DNA of 64,000 nucleotides from Octopus vulgaris (GCA_951406725.2 OX597814.1:84878001-84942000); one strand, 5' to 3'; shown: positions 1 to 12,890, counted from the first letter of the stretch. A program made the numbers and translations. Notes: generated by a model not told the origin, from the sequence alone.

Positions 1-829
1 AGGGGGCCGCCCCTCACCGTCCCACTAAACCCGCTCGTAACTCTTGATGTGTTCAACCAGATTTTCCCTACACTAAGCACTGTATCCATTCACTATCCCC
101 AGAACATTAGTCTTCTGAAATCTCCAACTTGCTCATGTCTTTCCTGCAGTTGTTGACCGGCAACAATTTAAACGGAACATTTAAAAGAGCATCATTCTCA
201 CCCGTCTTGGAAGGCCTGCAAAAGTCATGGGCTCTGACCCCTTCCTCCAAAGTCGACGAGTAAAAAAAATATATACTACATATATATTAGAAAGTTGTTT
301 ATTCCGATAAGCTGTCAGAGAAGAGGTGAAAGGTAAATTTCAATTTATACCAGACGTTTAATCATGTCCGACAGTGTTTGGCGAAATCGTATGAAGGATA
401 TAATATAAAGTGGTTGGATACTGCAGAAAAGACAACAGGCATGTATTAGTTGTATTTGAGTTAAATAGTTGAAAATCTGCCGTTGTCAAACTTACTTTTC
501 ATCCTTTCGTGATGGGCAAAATACAGTGTCAGTGAAGTACTAGGGTTGACATAATCAAATGTTCCTTCCCACTAAATTTCTGGCTCCGTGCCGCTGAAAG
601 ATACCAATTTAATTTAATGTAACATTTTATTGAGATGGATAAGATAGGCTCTTCCTAACAAGCAACTCGATTCTAGACACAGTTTCAGAAGGGCACATGC
701 CATTTCATTCTAAATTAACATGTCTTGCAGGAAATGTGTTTTTGGTTACAAATAACGTCGAAACTCCTTGTTCGCAACGATAAGTGGATGATAACAATAA
801 AATACTCCCCACACATTTTCTAGACGCCT

Positions 830-985
830 CGTGCCACGCCATGTCTAACGGATTGACAGAGTGTTTTCCTCGACAATTGAAAGCAGCTCTACGCGTTTAT
901 CCCGAGTTAGATGTTTGATCAGAAGTATTACCAATTATTTTATTGGGTCTTCGATCGGTTGTCAAGGGAGACCTAATTTCTTGCA
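830..985 (+). pseudogene. Isolated Gypsy integrase C-terminal fragment
   Basis: Reads HAMSNGLTECFPRQLKAALR...VLPIILLGLRS, a decayed form of the HPxxNGxVERFHRxLK motif around the integrase E residue. Confidence 0.6.
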
Positions 986-1257
986 TTTCGGCAATTTCAA
1001 CCAATCAATGGCGTCTATTGAGGTGAATACAATTACTGCTGTAGTTAGTCAACAAGTCCAACAACTTCCGGCGGTGTCTATTTAGTTTAAAAAACAGGAT
1101 CTTTTCACTTTGACCGGCAGATTTTAAAAAATAATTTCTTTGTAACTAAACACTTTTAAACTTCATATACTGGTAGAATGTGTTACATAAAACATCCTTT
1201 TCTCTTGGCTTTCTTGAGAAAATTCTGTAGTTTGTAAGCTATTTGTTGTTAAATTTC

Positions 1258-3702
1258 CCGCAGATCTCCCTTACCCAATACTAGGTGCAGACTTTTTGTA
1301 CCACTTCTGCCTGCTTGTGGACATACGCACTCGACGCTTATGGGACGCGATCACAGAACTTTATATCCCAGGTAAAATGGATATAATCCCTGCAGTTAGT
1401 TTAGTCTTTTTCATTGCTGCCACGGACGCTGACTAACCTAAATTTTTTACTGCTGCTTCAACTCACACCACCACCCATTTCATCGAAACTTAATGATGCC
1501 CAACTCTTCTAGCCCTTGCACATGGTTTCACAGCATTCCGGGGATTGGTGGCCCACTGGTGACTACAGGAGATTAAACTCCATCACGGCGCCAGAGAGGT
1601 ATGCAATACCTCAGATTCAGGATTTTGCGTCATCTCTCCACAACTGCAGAATATTCACCAAACTGGACTTGGTTAAGGCAATATCCAGAGACTATTTCGA
1701 AGACTACCATAACCACTCCTTTTGGTGTCTTCGAATTCCTAACTATGCCATTAGGTTTATGGAATTCAGCTAGCACATTCTAAAGATTCATAGATGAAGT
1801 CGTCCGAGACTTAAACTTCGTCTGTGCATACATCGACGACATCTTGATCGCAAGTGCCTCACCCGAGGAACATCTCCATCATGTACGTCAGCTGTTCAAG
1901 CGGTTCAAGACTTACCAAGTGTGGATCAACCCTATCAAATGTGTTTTCGGCGCATCTTCTTTCACCTTTCTAGGTCACGTCATCAGCCACTGCCTGACAA
2001 GGTGAAGGCATTGCAGGAATTACCTTCACCCGCCTCGTTACGTGAGCTCCGACATTTCTTGGGACTATTCAGCTTCTATCGGCACTTTGTTCTTCATTCA
2101 GCTGAAATCCTATATCTGCTAAACACGCTCCTTTGGAATAGGAAAAAGAGGAATGAGCCGATAGCATTGGACTCTGACACAGTAAAGCAACTTGACTCCT
2201 TCAACACAGTAAAGCAGCAACTTGCTCAGGCATCGCTTCTTGCCCACCCTGTCACGGATGCTCGGTTATCCCTTTCAGTGGAAGCATCCAACACTACCAT
2301 AGGTGCAGTGTTACTACAATTTCACCAGCAACAACTCCAGCCTCTTGCCTTTTTCTCTTGGCAGCTTAAACCAGATGAAACTTGCTACAGCAGTCAAATA
2401 TTTCCAGCACACACTCAAGGGATGTGAATTCACAATTTTTATGGACCACCGTCCACTCACCTTTGCCTTGCGCTCGAAGCCTGACAAGTGCTCTCTACGA
2501 GAAACCAGGCACTTGGATTTCATTTCCCAATTTACCGCCGACATCCGCCATATTTCTGGTGTAGATAACACTGCAGCAGACGCCTTATCGCGCCTATCAC
2601 TGAATTCGCAGTCATCACCCACAGACATCGGCCTGCATCTCCTGGCTAAAGATCAACTTCGCTTAGAGACAATTGATATATCCTCACCCACTTTTGCCAT
2701 ATGCAACTTCAAGTACTTCTCAGTACCCACAGCTGATGCCCAGGTTTTGTGCGATACTGCCATGAATTCTCCTCGTCCTTTTGTTCCAGAGACCCACAGA
2801 CAAACAGTCTTCAGCACACTGCATAACCTGTCACACTCTGGCGTCACTGTCACAGTGAAACTCATTTCGGCTAGATTCTTTTGGCCAAATATGAGACGAG
2901 ATATCATTGCTTGGTCACGCTCCTGCCTTTTCTGTTAGAAGGCAAAGGTGCATAGGAACATCCTTACATCCCATGGCACATTCAACACACCAAATGTGCG
3001 TTTCAACCATGTACACATCGACCTTGTCGGACCTTGGCCAGTTAGCCAGCGATATATCTACCTGCTCACCTGCATTGATCGTTTCACACGTTGGCCGGAA
3101 GCTCTTCCTTTAGTAGATATCACTGCAGAATCTGTTGTCAAAGCTTTTTTCACAAGATGGCTATCACCGTACAGGGTTTATACCATCATCACTACCGACC
3201 GTGGAAAACAGTTTGAATTGCAACTCTTCCACGAGCTCACGAAGACCATAGGTGTACGTCAGATCCGAACCACCAGTTACCACCTACAATCCAACGGTAT
3301 GGTGGAATGATTCCACCATCAAATAAAAGCTGCTTTGCGTGCTTACCCAGATCGACAGTGTTGGAGTGAATATCTTCCAACAGACCTTTTTGGCTGTCGA
3401 GCCTCGATAAAGGAGGATCTCGGTTATTCCCCAACGGAACTTGTTTATGGCACACCCTTTTTCGTTTCTAGGCCAGATGTTGGTCGCAGTGGATCTGTCC
3501 ACACAAGACCCCGCTATGTACATACACGGACTTTGCAAATACATGCAAGAACTGCTACCCATGCCAACACGACACCAAACGACTAAATCATCAGTTCCAA
3601 AAGACATTGAGTCTTGGATCCATGTGTTTCTACGAAACGACGCTGTGAAATCCCCTCTCACACCTCCATACACAGGACCCTATCGCGTCCTGTCGCACAC
3701 AG
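1258..3702 (+). mobile_element. Ty3/Gypsy LTR-retrotransposon pol pseudogene (PR-RT-RNaseH-IN), frameshifted, no LTRs seen
   Basis: Protease end PILGADFL; RT GDYRRLN, TKLDLVKA, TPFGVFEF, YIDDILIAS (~1828-1856); RNase H VEASNTTIGAVL, DHRPL, NTAADALSR; integrase HNLSH/CLFC, HIDLVGP, TTDRGKQF, NGMVE and GPY motif PPYTGPYRVL. Cut off at the palindrome edge. Confidence 0.93.
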
Positions 3703-3720
3703 GATTCTATATTTACCTGA

Positions 3721-3792
3721 GTATGTATGTATGTATGTATGTATGTATGTATGTATGTATGTATGTATGTATGTATGTATGTATGTATGTAT
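3721..3792 (+). repeat. (GTAT)n microsatellite; mirror (ATAC)n at ~10486-10560
   Basis: Direct read. Confidence 0.95.
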
Positions 3793-4042
3793 GCATATGT
3801 GTATGTATATGTATGTATGAATGGCCCTCAGTGTAACAATAAGAAGTGAATGATTGTAGTTACCACATTAACAATGAGATGAATGGATGAAAAAGAAATC
3901 GTTTTCTATTCACCGAAGACTATTGGACACGACTATTTACTGAGAAACAACGGAAACTTCATTTGGTACGGCAGTGTGAATGTACCCTGATTCTATACTT
4001 ACCTGAGTATGTGTGTATATATGTATATACATACATACATGT

Positions 4043-4680
4043 CGTTTGAGGTGAGGTGAACATCTAGTGAGAATGAATGATGAAAGATTTCTTAAGCAAC
4101 TTTTGTATGGTGAGCTGTAAGACGGTAGGAGGTCAGCACATAAACCCAAAATGAGGTTCAAGGACTGTCTCAGAATTGTACTGACACAGACAGGAGTTTC
4201 GGTTGTTGATTGGGATAGAGAGGCACAAGACCGAAATGGATGAAGGAAAAGAGTGCCCAGTGGTTGTTCGAAGTTTGAAAGAGAGAGAATGAAGCACGAA
4301 GAGATCAAGTAAAGGCTTAGAAAGAATGAACCTGTGGAAAATGAGGGAGCGTTGCTTCTTATGTGTGTGATTTGTGGGAGGAAATACTTGAGTCGTGCAG
4401 ACCTGGTCAGCCAACTGAGAACTCATAGGAATCAACTCCTTGTGAATTGTGATACTGTTATTGTTCGCAACAGAACATGTGCAACCTGTGGAAAGGTGTG
4501 CCTTTCTGTTGGAGAATTGAAAAGGCTTGACATAAGAATTCAAACTGTGGCACCTGTTCCCTCTGCCAGCCAGCACAGCTGTGGATTATGCAATAGAATG
4601 TGAAAATCTTTGGCCGGGCCCAAGAGTCATACAAGGGCCTCATATTGCATCATCAATGGCTCATTTCAATGATACTTTCT
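4043..4680 (+). mobile_element. RTE-clade LINE 3' fragment with C2H2-like zinc-finger tail; mirror copy at ~9600-10237 (-)
   Basis: HLVRMNDERFLKQLLYGEL...KPKMRFKDCL...AQDR...CVICGRKYLSRADLVSQLRTH, typical of the RTE ORF C-terminus, with stops. Confidence 0.8.
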
Positions 4681-4716
4681 AGCAATGGCTTTGCTTGTAT
4701 ATGAGAAAGCAACAAC

Positions 4717-4790
<74 letters not shown>

Positions 4791-4913
4791 GTTGTTGCTT
4801 TCTCATATATAATCGAAACAGTTGTAGGGATTATATTTATTTTTATATTATAATAATAAAATAATACCATGTTAATAAATTAACATATGTCAACTTGAAC
4901 TCTCCATTTTCCT

Positions 4914-4972
<59 letters not shown>

Positions 4973-4989
4973 ATGTATTATATATAAAT

Positions 4990-5205
4990 AGTAATCCCTC
5001 GACTATTTCGGGTGTTACGTTCCCAAACCCACGTGATAGGTGAAAATCTGCGAAGTAGAAACAGTACTGTATATTTTTCTTCATCATTATTATAATTTGT
5101 ATATATTTACTTTATTATAAATACAAAACAACATCATGGAGGAATTGACCTAAGCTTAAATAATAAACCACAATAGGTGAGTCGCGATATGGCGTGAGAT
5201 TACTG
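4990..5205. mobile_element. pogo/Tigger-like MITE; mirror copy at ~9077-9293
   Basis: Imperfect terminal inverted repeats AGTAATCCCTCGACTAT ... ATATGGCGTGAGATTACTG, no coding capacity. Confidence 0.6.
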
Positions 5206-5227
5206 TGTGTGTGTGTATATATATATA

Positions 5228-7295
5228 AATAGATGAGTGTATTTTTACCTTGTTAACAATTAATACGGAAAAATAAATAAATAGTTACCAGGGTAGCAAA
5301 AATCTCACAAGTAAAGAGGTTGTAACTCCTTGTTTATAAAGGTAGAAACTTCGTGTTTACGTGGAATTTTTTGTATAATATATGAATAAATAAATGGAGT
5401 TTAACGCATGTGTAATCAAATATTTTTACTTTCGACACATGTTTCGAAAATTCCACTGATACTATTCAAAAGAATAAATGGTATAAACAATGCAATCTTC
5501 TCTTCAGGAAAGTGAAAAAAACGAAACTCGTCAATAAGACATTTTAGCAAAAAATGATGAATTTGTACAACTGAACGCTATTAATATTGTTTAAAAAAAC
5601 GTTATATGATATAACGTCATAAGTAGTTTACAGAAAGAGTAAGATTTTCACATTCTATTAATAGTGAATGTTAAATATAAAGGAAATTAAAGTTTAAATT
5701 ATATAGATAGAGACTACTTATATGCACTAAAGGTGTGTTTTGCCAATGTTTACATCTTTATGCTCGCTCTATAACCGTGTTTACAGGGGGATTTTTAGAA
5801 AAAATAATGAAAAATAGCTCAGAATTGCAGAGAAGACAGAATTCCTTGCCTTTGTCATAAGGTATCGAGATTGAGAGAATCAACCATTCTAAATGAAATT
5901 GTTCATTTTTGTCTTTTAGATCCCAAATCTGTTTGCTGAGACCGGTACTATTACGTTTGTTTCTATCCCTAAATGTTGAGTAATGGATAGAAATTCTTTT
6001 AGATAACTCTAACGATGTGCTTCCAATGTAAAATCGTACTTTATTACGAGTACTGATTATATACTGGTATATAGAATTTTTAATCTTAGAGTTACTTGAC
6101 ATAAACTTAATTCTATTGGAATTGACTTCAGATACAATAAACTTGTTATTAATATTTCTAGAGGGCTGGATGGTACTAGCTAAATTAATGTTAGTATTAG
6201 TGAATGTATTAATATTTAACAGTTTGTTATTATGTGAAGAGATAATTTGTAAGAGATTTTTTTGTGTTTGAAAAACCGATCCTAACCGTATGTGAATTGA
6301 TAATAGAGAATTCTTTGGAAAATTCCTAACACTAGCTTGACGAAACAGCAGTGGGAGATTAGATTTAATTTGTCTCCCCTAAGGAATTATTAACCAAATA
6401 TTTTTATTAGTATTCATAGCGTAATTATTTTTGAAGGTGTTATATTTACTTTTAGAACGATAATAGGGGATTAAATAAGGGTTATCTGCCTTCATTCGCT
6501 TTGTATCGGTGCGTAAGTTATGTTTGTTATCAATAATTCTTATACGACTAGAAATCTTATCTACATTATTGAATTTACAATTAGACTGAGTAGAATCAAT
6601 GTAGAAAATTTTCTCTGTATAACCTGCTTTAATTAAGGCAGAGTTATAGAATTCAGCATTATCATCGAAAATATCAACATTAGCAGATATTTAGATAATC
6701 TAAATGAAATATTCTTAACTAAGTTCTTAGTAATTGCTCTAGGATGATTACTAAATTTGCTAATGTACTTAAGTTTGGTCAACGGTTAACGATATGGGAA
6801 GTAAGAGTCACTGTGTAAATATCTAAAAAGTTGGCCTTCGTCATAGCGTCATCAAAAACGATTTTTAAGCCCATTCTACTGAAAAAATTAACTAAACTAT
6901 TCTTAAGTTTTTGTACCTTTTGGTTGGAAACATTATGGAGGTAAAGTAAACAATCATCACGATACAGACCTCCATAAATGTTAGGGAACTCTTCTGTCAT
7001 TACAAAAAGAATATATATACAGACCAAATCAGCTATCTATGCTGAATAGAATATTGGTATATGATTTGGTCTGAACACAACTTATTATCAAATATAGATC
7101 TTCTGGCTTGTAATGACTCTTATTGGTAATAGAACTAAACCAGTAACTACTTCAAAGACTTAGTCCATAAACTAAGTTTTAATGTTTATTAAATTAGGAA
7201 TATATTTATATGGAGGTGAACCGAGGTTGCTTGATCAAGCGTTCTGTCTTCATTGTAGTTATATTTCTCCATAATTTTATACCAATGGGAAGTTC
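5228..7295 (-). mobile_element. Penelope-like element, Naiad-type (RT C-terminal half, GIY-YIG endonuclease, pLTR), pseudogenised; left copy
   Basis: IADLVCIYIL, GGLYRDDCL, ANFLDI, SNHP thumb motif; GIY-YIG IYQY...FYIGST...KRISIH...STGLSKQIW...CLLCNSE; hammerhead in the 3' region. Confidence 0.85.
5423..5518 (-). ncRNA. Type I hammerhead ribozyme in the Penelope pLTR (left copy)
   Basis: Reverse complement of the 8764-8858 motif. Confidence 0.8.
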
Positions 7296-7296
7296 T

Positions 7297-9055
7297 CTTT
7301 TTGTAATGACAGAAGAGTATCGTGATGATTGTTTACTTTACCTCCATAATGTTTCCAACCAAAAGGTTCAAAAACTTAAGAATAGTTTAGTTAATTTTTT
7401 CAGTAGAATGGGCTTAAAAATCGTTTTTGATGACGCTATGACGAAGGCCAACTTTTTAGATATTTACACAGTGACTCTTACTTCCCATATCGTTAACCGT
7501 TGACCAAACTTAAGTACATTAGCAAATTTAGTAATCATCCTAGAGCAATTACTAAGAACTTAGTTAAGAATATTTCATTTAGATTATCTAAATATCTGCT
7601 AATGTTGATATTTTCGATGATAATGCTGAATTCTATAACTCTGCCTTAATTAAAGCAGGTTATACAGAGAAAATTTTCTACATTGATTCTACTCAGTCTA
7701 ATTGTAAATTCAATAATGTAGATAAGATTTCTAGTCGTATAAGAATTATTGATAACAAACATAACTTACGCACCGATACAAAGCGAATGAAGGCAGATAA
7801 CCCTTATTTAATCCCCTATTATCGTTCTAAAAGTAAATATAACACCTTCAAAAATAATTACGCTATGAATACTAATAAAAATATTTGGTTAATAATTCCT
7901 TAGGGGAGACAAATTAAATCTAATCTCCCACTGCTGTTTCGTCAAGCTAGTGTTAGGAATTTTCCAAAGAATTCTCTATTATCAATTCACATACGGTTAG
8001 GATCGGTTTTTCAAACACAAAAAAATCTCTTACAAATTATCTCTTCACATAATAACAAACTGTTAAATATTAATACATTCACTAATACTAACATTAATTT
8101 AGCTAGTACCATCCAGCCCTCTAGAAATATTAATAACAAGTTTATTGTATCTGAAGTCAATTCCAATAGAATTAAGTTTATGTCAAGTAACTCTAAGATT
8201 AAAAATTCTATATACCAGTATATAATCAGTACTCGTAATAAAGTACGATTTTACATTGGAAGCACATCGTTAGAGTTATCTAAAAGAATTTCTATCCATT
8301 ACTCAACATTTAGGGATAGAAACAAACGTAATAGTACCGGTCTCAGCAAACAGATTTGGGATCTAAAAGACAAAAATGAACAATTTCATTTAGAATGGTT
8401 GATTCTCTCAATCTCGATACCTTATGACAAAGGCAAGGAATTCTGTCTTCTCTGCAATTCTGAGCTATTTTTCATTATTTTTTCTAAAAATCCCCCTGTA
8501 AACACGGTTATAGAGCGAGCATAAAGATGTAAACATTGGCAAAACACACCTTTAGTGCATATAAGTAGTCTCTATCTATATAATTTAAACTTTAATTTCC
8601 TTTATATTTAACATTCACTATTAATAGAATGTGAAAATCTTACTCTTTCTGTAAACTACTTATGACGTTATATCATATAACGTTTTTTTAAACAATATTA
8701 ATAGCGTTCAGTTGTACAAATTCATCATTTTTTGCTAAAATGTCTTATTGACGAGTTTCGTTTTTTTCACTTTCCTGAAGAGAAGATTGCATTGTTTATA
8801 CCATTTATTCTTTTGAATAGTATCAGTGGAATTTTCGAAACATGTGTCGAAAGTAAAAATATTTGATTACACATGCGTTAAACTCCATTTATTTATTCAT
8901 ATATTATACAAAAAATTCCACGTAAACACGAAGTTTCTACCTTTATAAACAAGGAGTTACAACCTCTTTACTTGTGAGATTTTTGCTACCCTGGTAACTA
9001 TTTATTTATTTTTCCGTATTAATTGTTAACAAGGTAAAAATACACTCATCTATTT
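7297..9055 (+). mobile_element. Penelope-like element, Naiad-type; right copy, 5'-truncated
   Basis: YRDDCL RT motif at ~7318, thumb domain, GIY-YIG ORF 8180..8524, pLTR ending at a (TA)n tract. Confidence 0.85.
8764..8858 (+). ncRNA. Type I hammerhead ribozyme
   Basis: Stem I ACTTTC/GAAAGT; CTGAAGA (8775-8781); stem II GAAGATT/AATTTTC around a long insert; GAAA (8837-8840); short stem III CATGTG; GTC triplet, predicted cleavage after 8848. Confidence 0.82.
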
Positions 9056-9309
9056 ATATATATATACACACACACACAGTAATCTCACGCCATATCGCGA
9101 CTCACCTATTGTGGTTTATTATTTAAGCTTAGGTCAATTCCTCCATGATGTTGTTTTGTATTTATAATAAAGTAAATATATACAAATTATAATAATGATG
9201 AAGAAAAATATACAGTACTGTTTCTACTTCGCAGATTTTCACCTATCACGTGGGTTTGGGAACGTAACACCCGAAATAGTCGAGGGATTACTATTTATAT
9301 ATAATACAT

Positions 9310-9356
<47 letters not shown>

Positions 9357-9486
9357 AAAAGGAAAATGGAGAGTTCAAGTTGACATATGTTAATTTATTA
9401 ACATGGTATTATTTTATTATTATAATATAAAAATAAATATAATCCCTACAACTGTTTCGATTATATATGAGAAAGCAACAACTAAT

Positions 9487-9561
<75 letters not shown>

Positions 9562-10267
9562 GTTGTTGCTTTCTCATATACAAGCAAAGCCATTGCTAGA
9601 AAGTATCATTGAAATGAGCCATTGATGATGCAATATGAGGCCCTTGTATGACTCTTGGGCCCGGCCAAAGATTTTCACATTCTATTGCATAATCCACAGC
9701 TGTGCTGGCTGGCAGAGGGAACAGGTGCCACAGTTTGAATTCTTATGTCAAGCCTTTTCAATTCTCCAACAGAAAGGCACACCTTTTCACAGGTTGCACA
9801 TGTTCTGTTGCGAACAATAACAGTATCACAATTCACAAGGAGTTGATTCCTATGAGTTCTCAGTTGGCTGACCAGGTCTGCACGACTCAAGTATTTCCTC
9901 CCACAAATCACACACATAAGAAGCAACGCTCCCTCATTTTCCACAGGTTCATTCTTTCTAAGCCTTTACTTGATCTCTTCGTGCTTCATTCTCTCTCTTT
10001 CAAACTTCGAACAACCACTGGGCACTCTTTTCCTTCATCCATTTCGGTCTTGTGCCTCTCTATCCCTATCAACAACCGAAACTCCTGTCTGTGTCAGTAC
10101 AATTCTGAGGCAGTCCTTGAACCTCATTTTGGGTTTATGTGCTGACCTCCTACCGTCTTACAGCTCACCATACAAAAGTTGCTTAAGAAATCTTTCATCA
10201 TTCATTCTCACTAGATGTTCACCTCACCTCAAACGACATGTATGTATGTATATACATAAATACACAC

Positions 10268-10735
10268 ATACTCAGGTAAGTATAGAATCAGGGTACATTC
10301 ACACTGCCGTACCAAATGAAGTTTCTGTTGTTTCTCAGTAAATAGTCGTGTCCAATAGTCTTCGGTGAATAGAAAACGATTTCTTTTTCATCCATTCATC
10401 TCATTGTTAATGTGGTAACTACAATCATTCACTTCTTATTGTTACACTGAGGGCCATTCATACATACATATACATACACATATGCATACATACATACATA
10501 CATACATACATACATACATACATACATACATACATACATACATACATACATACATACATACTCAGGTAAATATAGAATCTGGGTACAATCACACTGCCGT
10601 ACCAAAAGAAGTTTCCGTTGTTTCTCAATGAATAGTCATGTCCAATAGTCTTCGGTGAATAGAAAACGATTTCTTTCTGATCCATTCATCTCATTGTTAA
10701 TGTAGTAACTACAACCATTCACTTCTTATTGTTAC
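10268..10735 (+). repeat. Direct duplication of a ~175-bp unit (period ~290 bp) separated by (ATAC)n
   Basis: ACTCAGGTAA...CTTCTTATTGTTAC occurs at ~10270-10445 and ~10560-10735. Confidence 0.85.
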
Positions 10736-11009
10736 TTCACTATTCTTAAAACATATTGAAAAAATAAAAAAATAAAAATAAAACAATTTTTTATGCCAAA
10801 GAGATTCCGCTAACTTTACTATCCAGTTTGATGAGTTCAGATAATAATTTGCTGCTCATCTACTTAATGCATATACGATTATGATTCTTTTTAATGGTTT
10901 TGTTAATCATTGCAAAGCACTAAAGGAGAAGGCATTTGTGAAGTTATACCCCGTTTTTTTGTAAAGGAAAGTCTTTCCTGGACAGTGGTAATCAATAGTT
11001 CAAGTGATG

Positions 11010-11392
11010 AAACTCCTGCAATATTGGTGATAGATCTGGTTTATTAAGCAAGAATGTTAAATGCCAAGAAAATGCATTGTATGATCCATACACATGCAAT
11101 GTGTATCAAGCCACTGTCTCTAGTTCTCGTTGATGTAGTCTTCTTTATTTGTCGTACCAAAACTTAAATGCAGGACAAGAGGCACTTTTGTTTCACATAG
11201 ACATGAGATGGCTTTCGAGAGGAAACAATGGTATCTGGAGTCGCAATATTGAAAGCAAACTGGAAGAATTCGTTTCGAGAAATCAAAAGGTTAAACCAAT
11301 CAAATTTACAGATGAACTTTCTAACAACACATGGGAGACATTCTTGACTAGAAACGTCTACCTGAACGACATTTTCACCCAACTAAATGTGT
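11010..11392 (+). pseudogene. hAT (Buster/Charlie-like) transposase fragment
   Basis: HCMIH (CxxH motif), LLFHIDMRWLSRGN, YLNDIFTQLN. Confidence 0.75.
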
Positions 11393-12196
11393 AGCAAGTA
11401 TGTTCAGCTTGCTTGTTTAAGTTTAAATAAGCCCATTTTGGCTCCTACACTGGTTTTCTGCAAGTGGCCACATGACCAAACCCGTTCGTGTCGATTAGAT
11501 ACTTTAAGTTATACAATCAGACCACTTGCCAGACCAACAAATGCGTGGTGCGTTTTGAACCACCCTTCTGCTATAAATAATTTCCTCTAAGCATTCTGAG
11601 AGAGGATGATCAGCAGATATCTTTGATGCTATGCTTTGTGCTTTTCCCACACACCTCATCATATATAAACTCTACGAGGAACCAATGTATTTTTGCTAAC
11701 AGTATTATTCATGTTGTACCAGTTTGCTGTATCTATAGCGGCTGTCATTGACTGTTCAAGTGTGTGTTATTAAATGGGAAAACAGTTAGTATGAATCACC
11801 ATAAGACATTTTTGTGTATAAATATATTGTTTATTATGTGTTCACCTTTTGCGGTGGAAGCATATAGTATGATACAAAAACATATGTGTTTACATACAAA
11901 GAAAGTTTTGATTTTTGCTTTTGCACTGAAAAAGTAACATACAATATTTGTATTACAGTATATATGCATGTATGTAATGATATCAATCATTTTAAGAATG
12001 TGTGTGTGATAAAATATCTTCGTTTATGAACCATATATCTTGTGTCGAGGTGAATAGACATGTGAGTCGCACGTGGAAGATTACACATGGAGCTGCAGAG
12101 AAGCCATGTGTCTTTGATCGGAGCCTGGAAGGAACTGAGAGTTTCTACAGTGTAGCTCAGAACGAGGCTGCTGTATCAAAGCAAGTATTTACACCT

Positions 12197-12890
12197 GCGT
12201 TAAACTCCATTTATTTATTCATATATTATAATTATATTTATAGCACTTATAGTATTTATTCGATACTATATTACTACGAATTGATTATTTCTAAAAGTAT
12301 TTTACATAAGATTTCCGAAAGTTCGTTTAAGTTAGTTTATTTGTATTTTGAAATTAGCTATTTCATCTTTAAATATGAAAAATTAAATTTATTAGGTTTT
12401 TATTATATGTGCATATACAATTATTTATAGAGATTATTTTAGATCTTAATTATAATATTTATGTAATTAGATATAGACTAATATTGATATTAGATTATGG
12501 GTGGGTTTCCTACCTTATAAATTAAAATTAATATTTAACATTATAGTCGATTTGGATATAATCATAATTGTTAAGTTCTATGTCTCTAGTTTGATAATAG
12601 AGTTTATTATAAGTAAAATTATTCTATTATATATATTATTTATATCTTAAAATATTGTTTAAATATTTCTGATTATATTTTAGATATTTCAATCACCTGA
12701 AGAATTACTGTAACTCGAATTTTTACGAATTGGACAGCCATGAAACGATCGTAGTGTTATACTAATTATCTTTTTTTAATAATTTTGATATATATTTAAA
12801 ATAATATAAATCAATTAATCTTATGTATTGGCTTAAGTTTTTCATTGTATGATTTGCCTAATAGTGGTTTTATCTCTAATTTAATATAAT
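12197..12890 (+). mobile_element. AT-rich non-coding Penelope-like pLTR derivative
   Basis: Begins with ~33 bp matching the Naiad pLTR (GCGTTAAACTCCATTTATTTATTCATATATTATA, cf. ~8875-8908), contains a hammerhead, ends at (TA)n. Confidence 0.5.
12691..12760 (+). ncRNA. Type I hammerhead ribozyme candidate
   Basis: CAC-CTGAAGA (12697-12703), imperfect stem II (CTGT/ACAG), GAAA, palindromic CGATCG, TA, GTG. Confidence 0.65.

Larger units (their letters stand above)
3703..10579. repeat. Large inverted repeat: ~3.3-kb arms (3703-~7010 and ~7297-10579), ~285-bp spacer
   Basis: Mirror ORF pairs (5758..6102- / 8180..8524+ identical; 4334..4603+ / 9675..9944-; 4458..4643- / 9635..9820+). Arms differ by a few SNPs, microsatellite lengths and one 24-bp indel. 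Confidence 0.97.

Noticed and set aside
4334-4603. Host C2H2 zinc-finger gene
   Set aside because: Contiguous with RTE ORF C-terminal motifs containing stops; it is a LINE tail.
7297-8570. Selenocysteine recoding as reported for some Naiads
   Set aside because: The interruptions I can see are frameshifts and TAA/TAG stops; no conserved in-frame TGA or SECIS identified.
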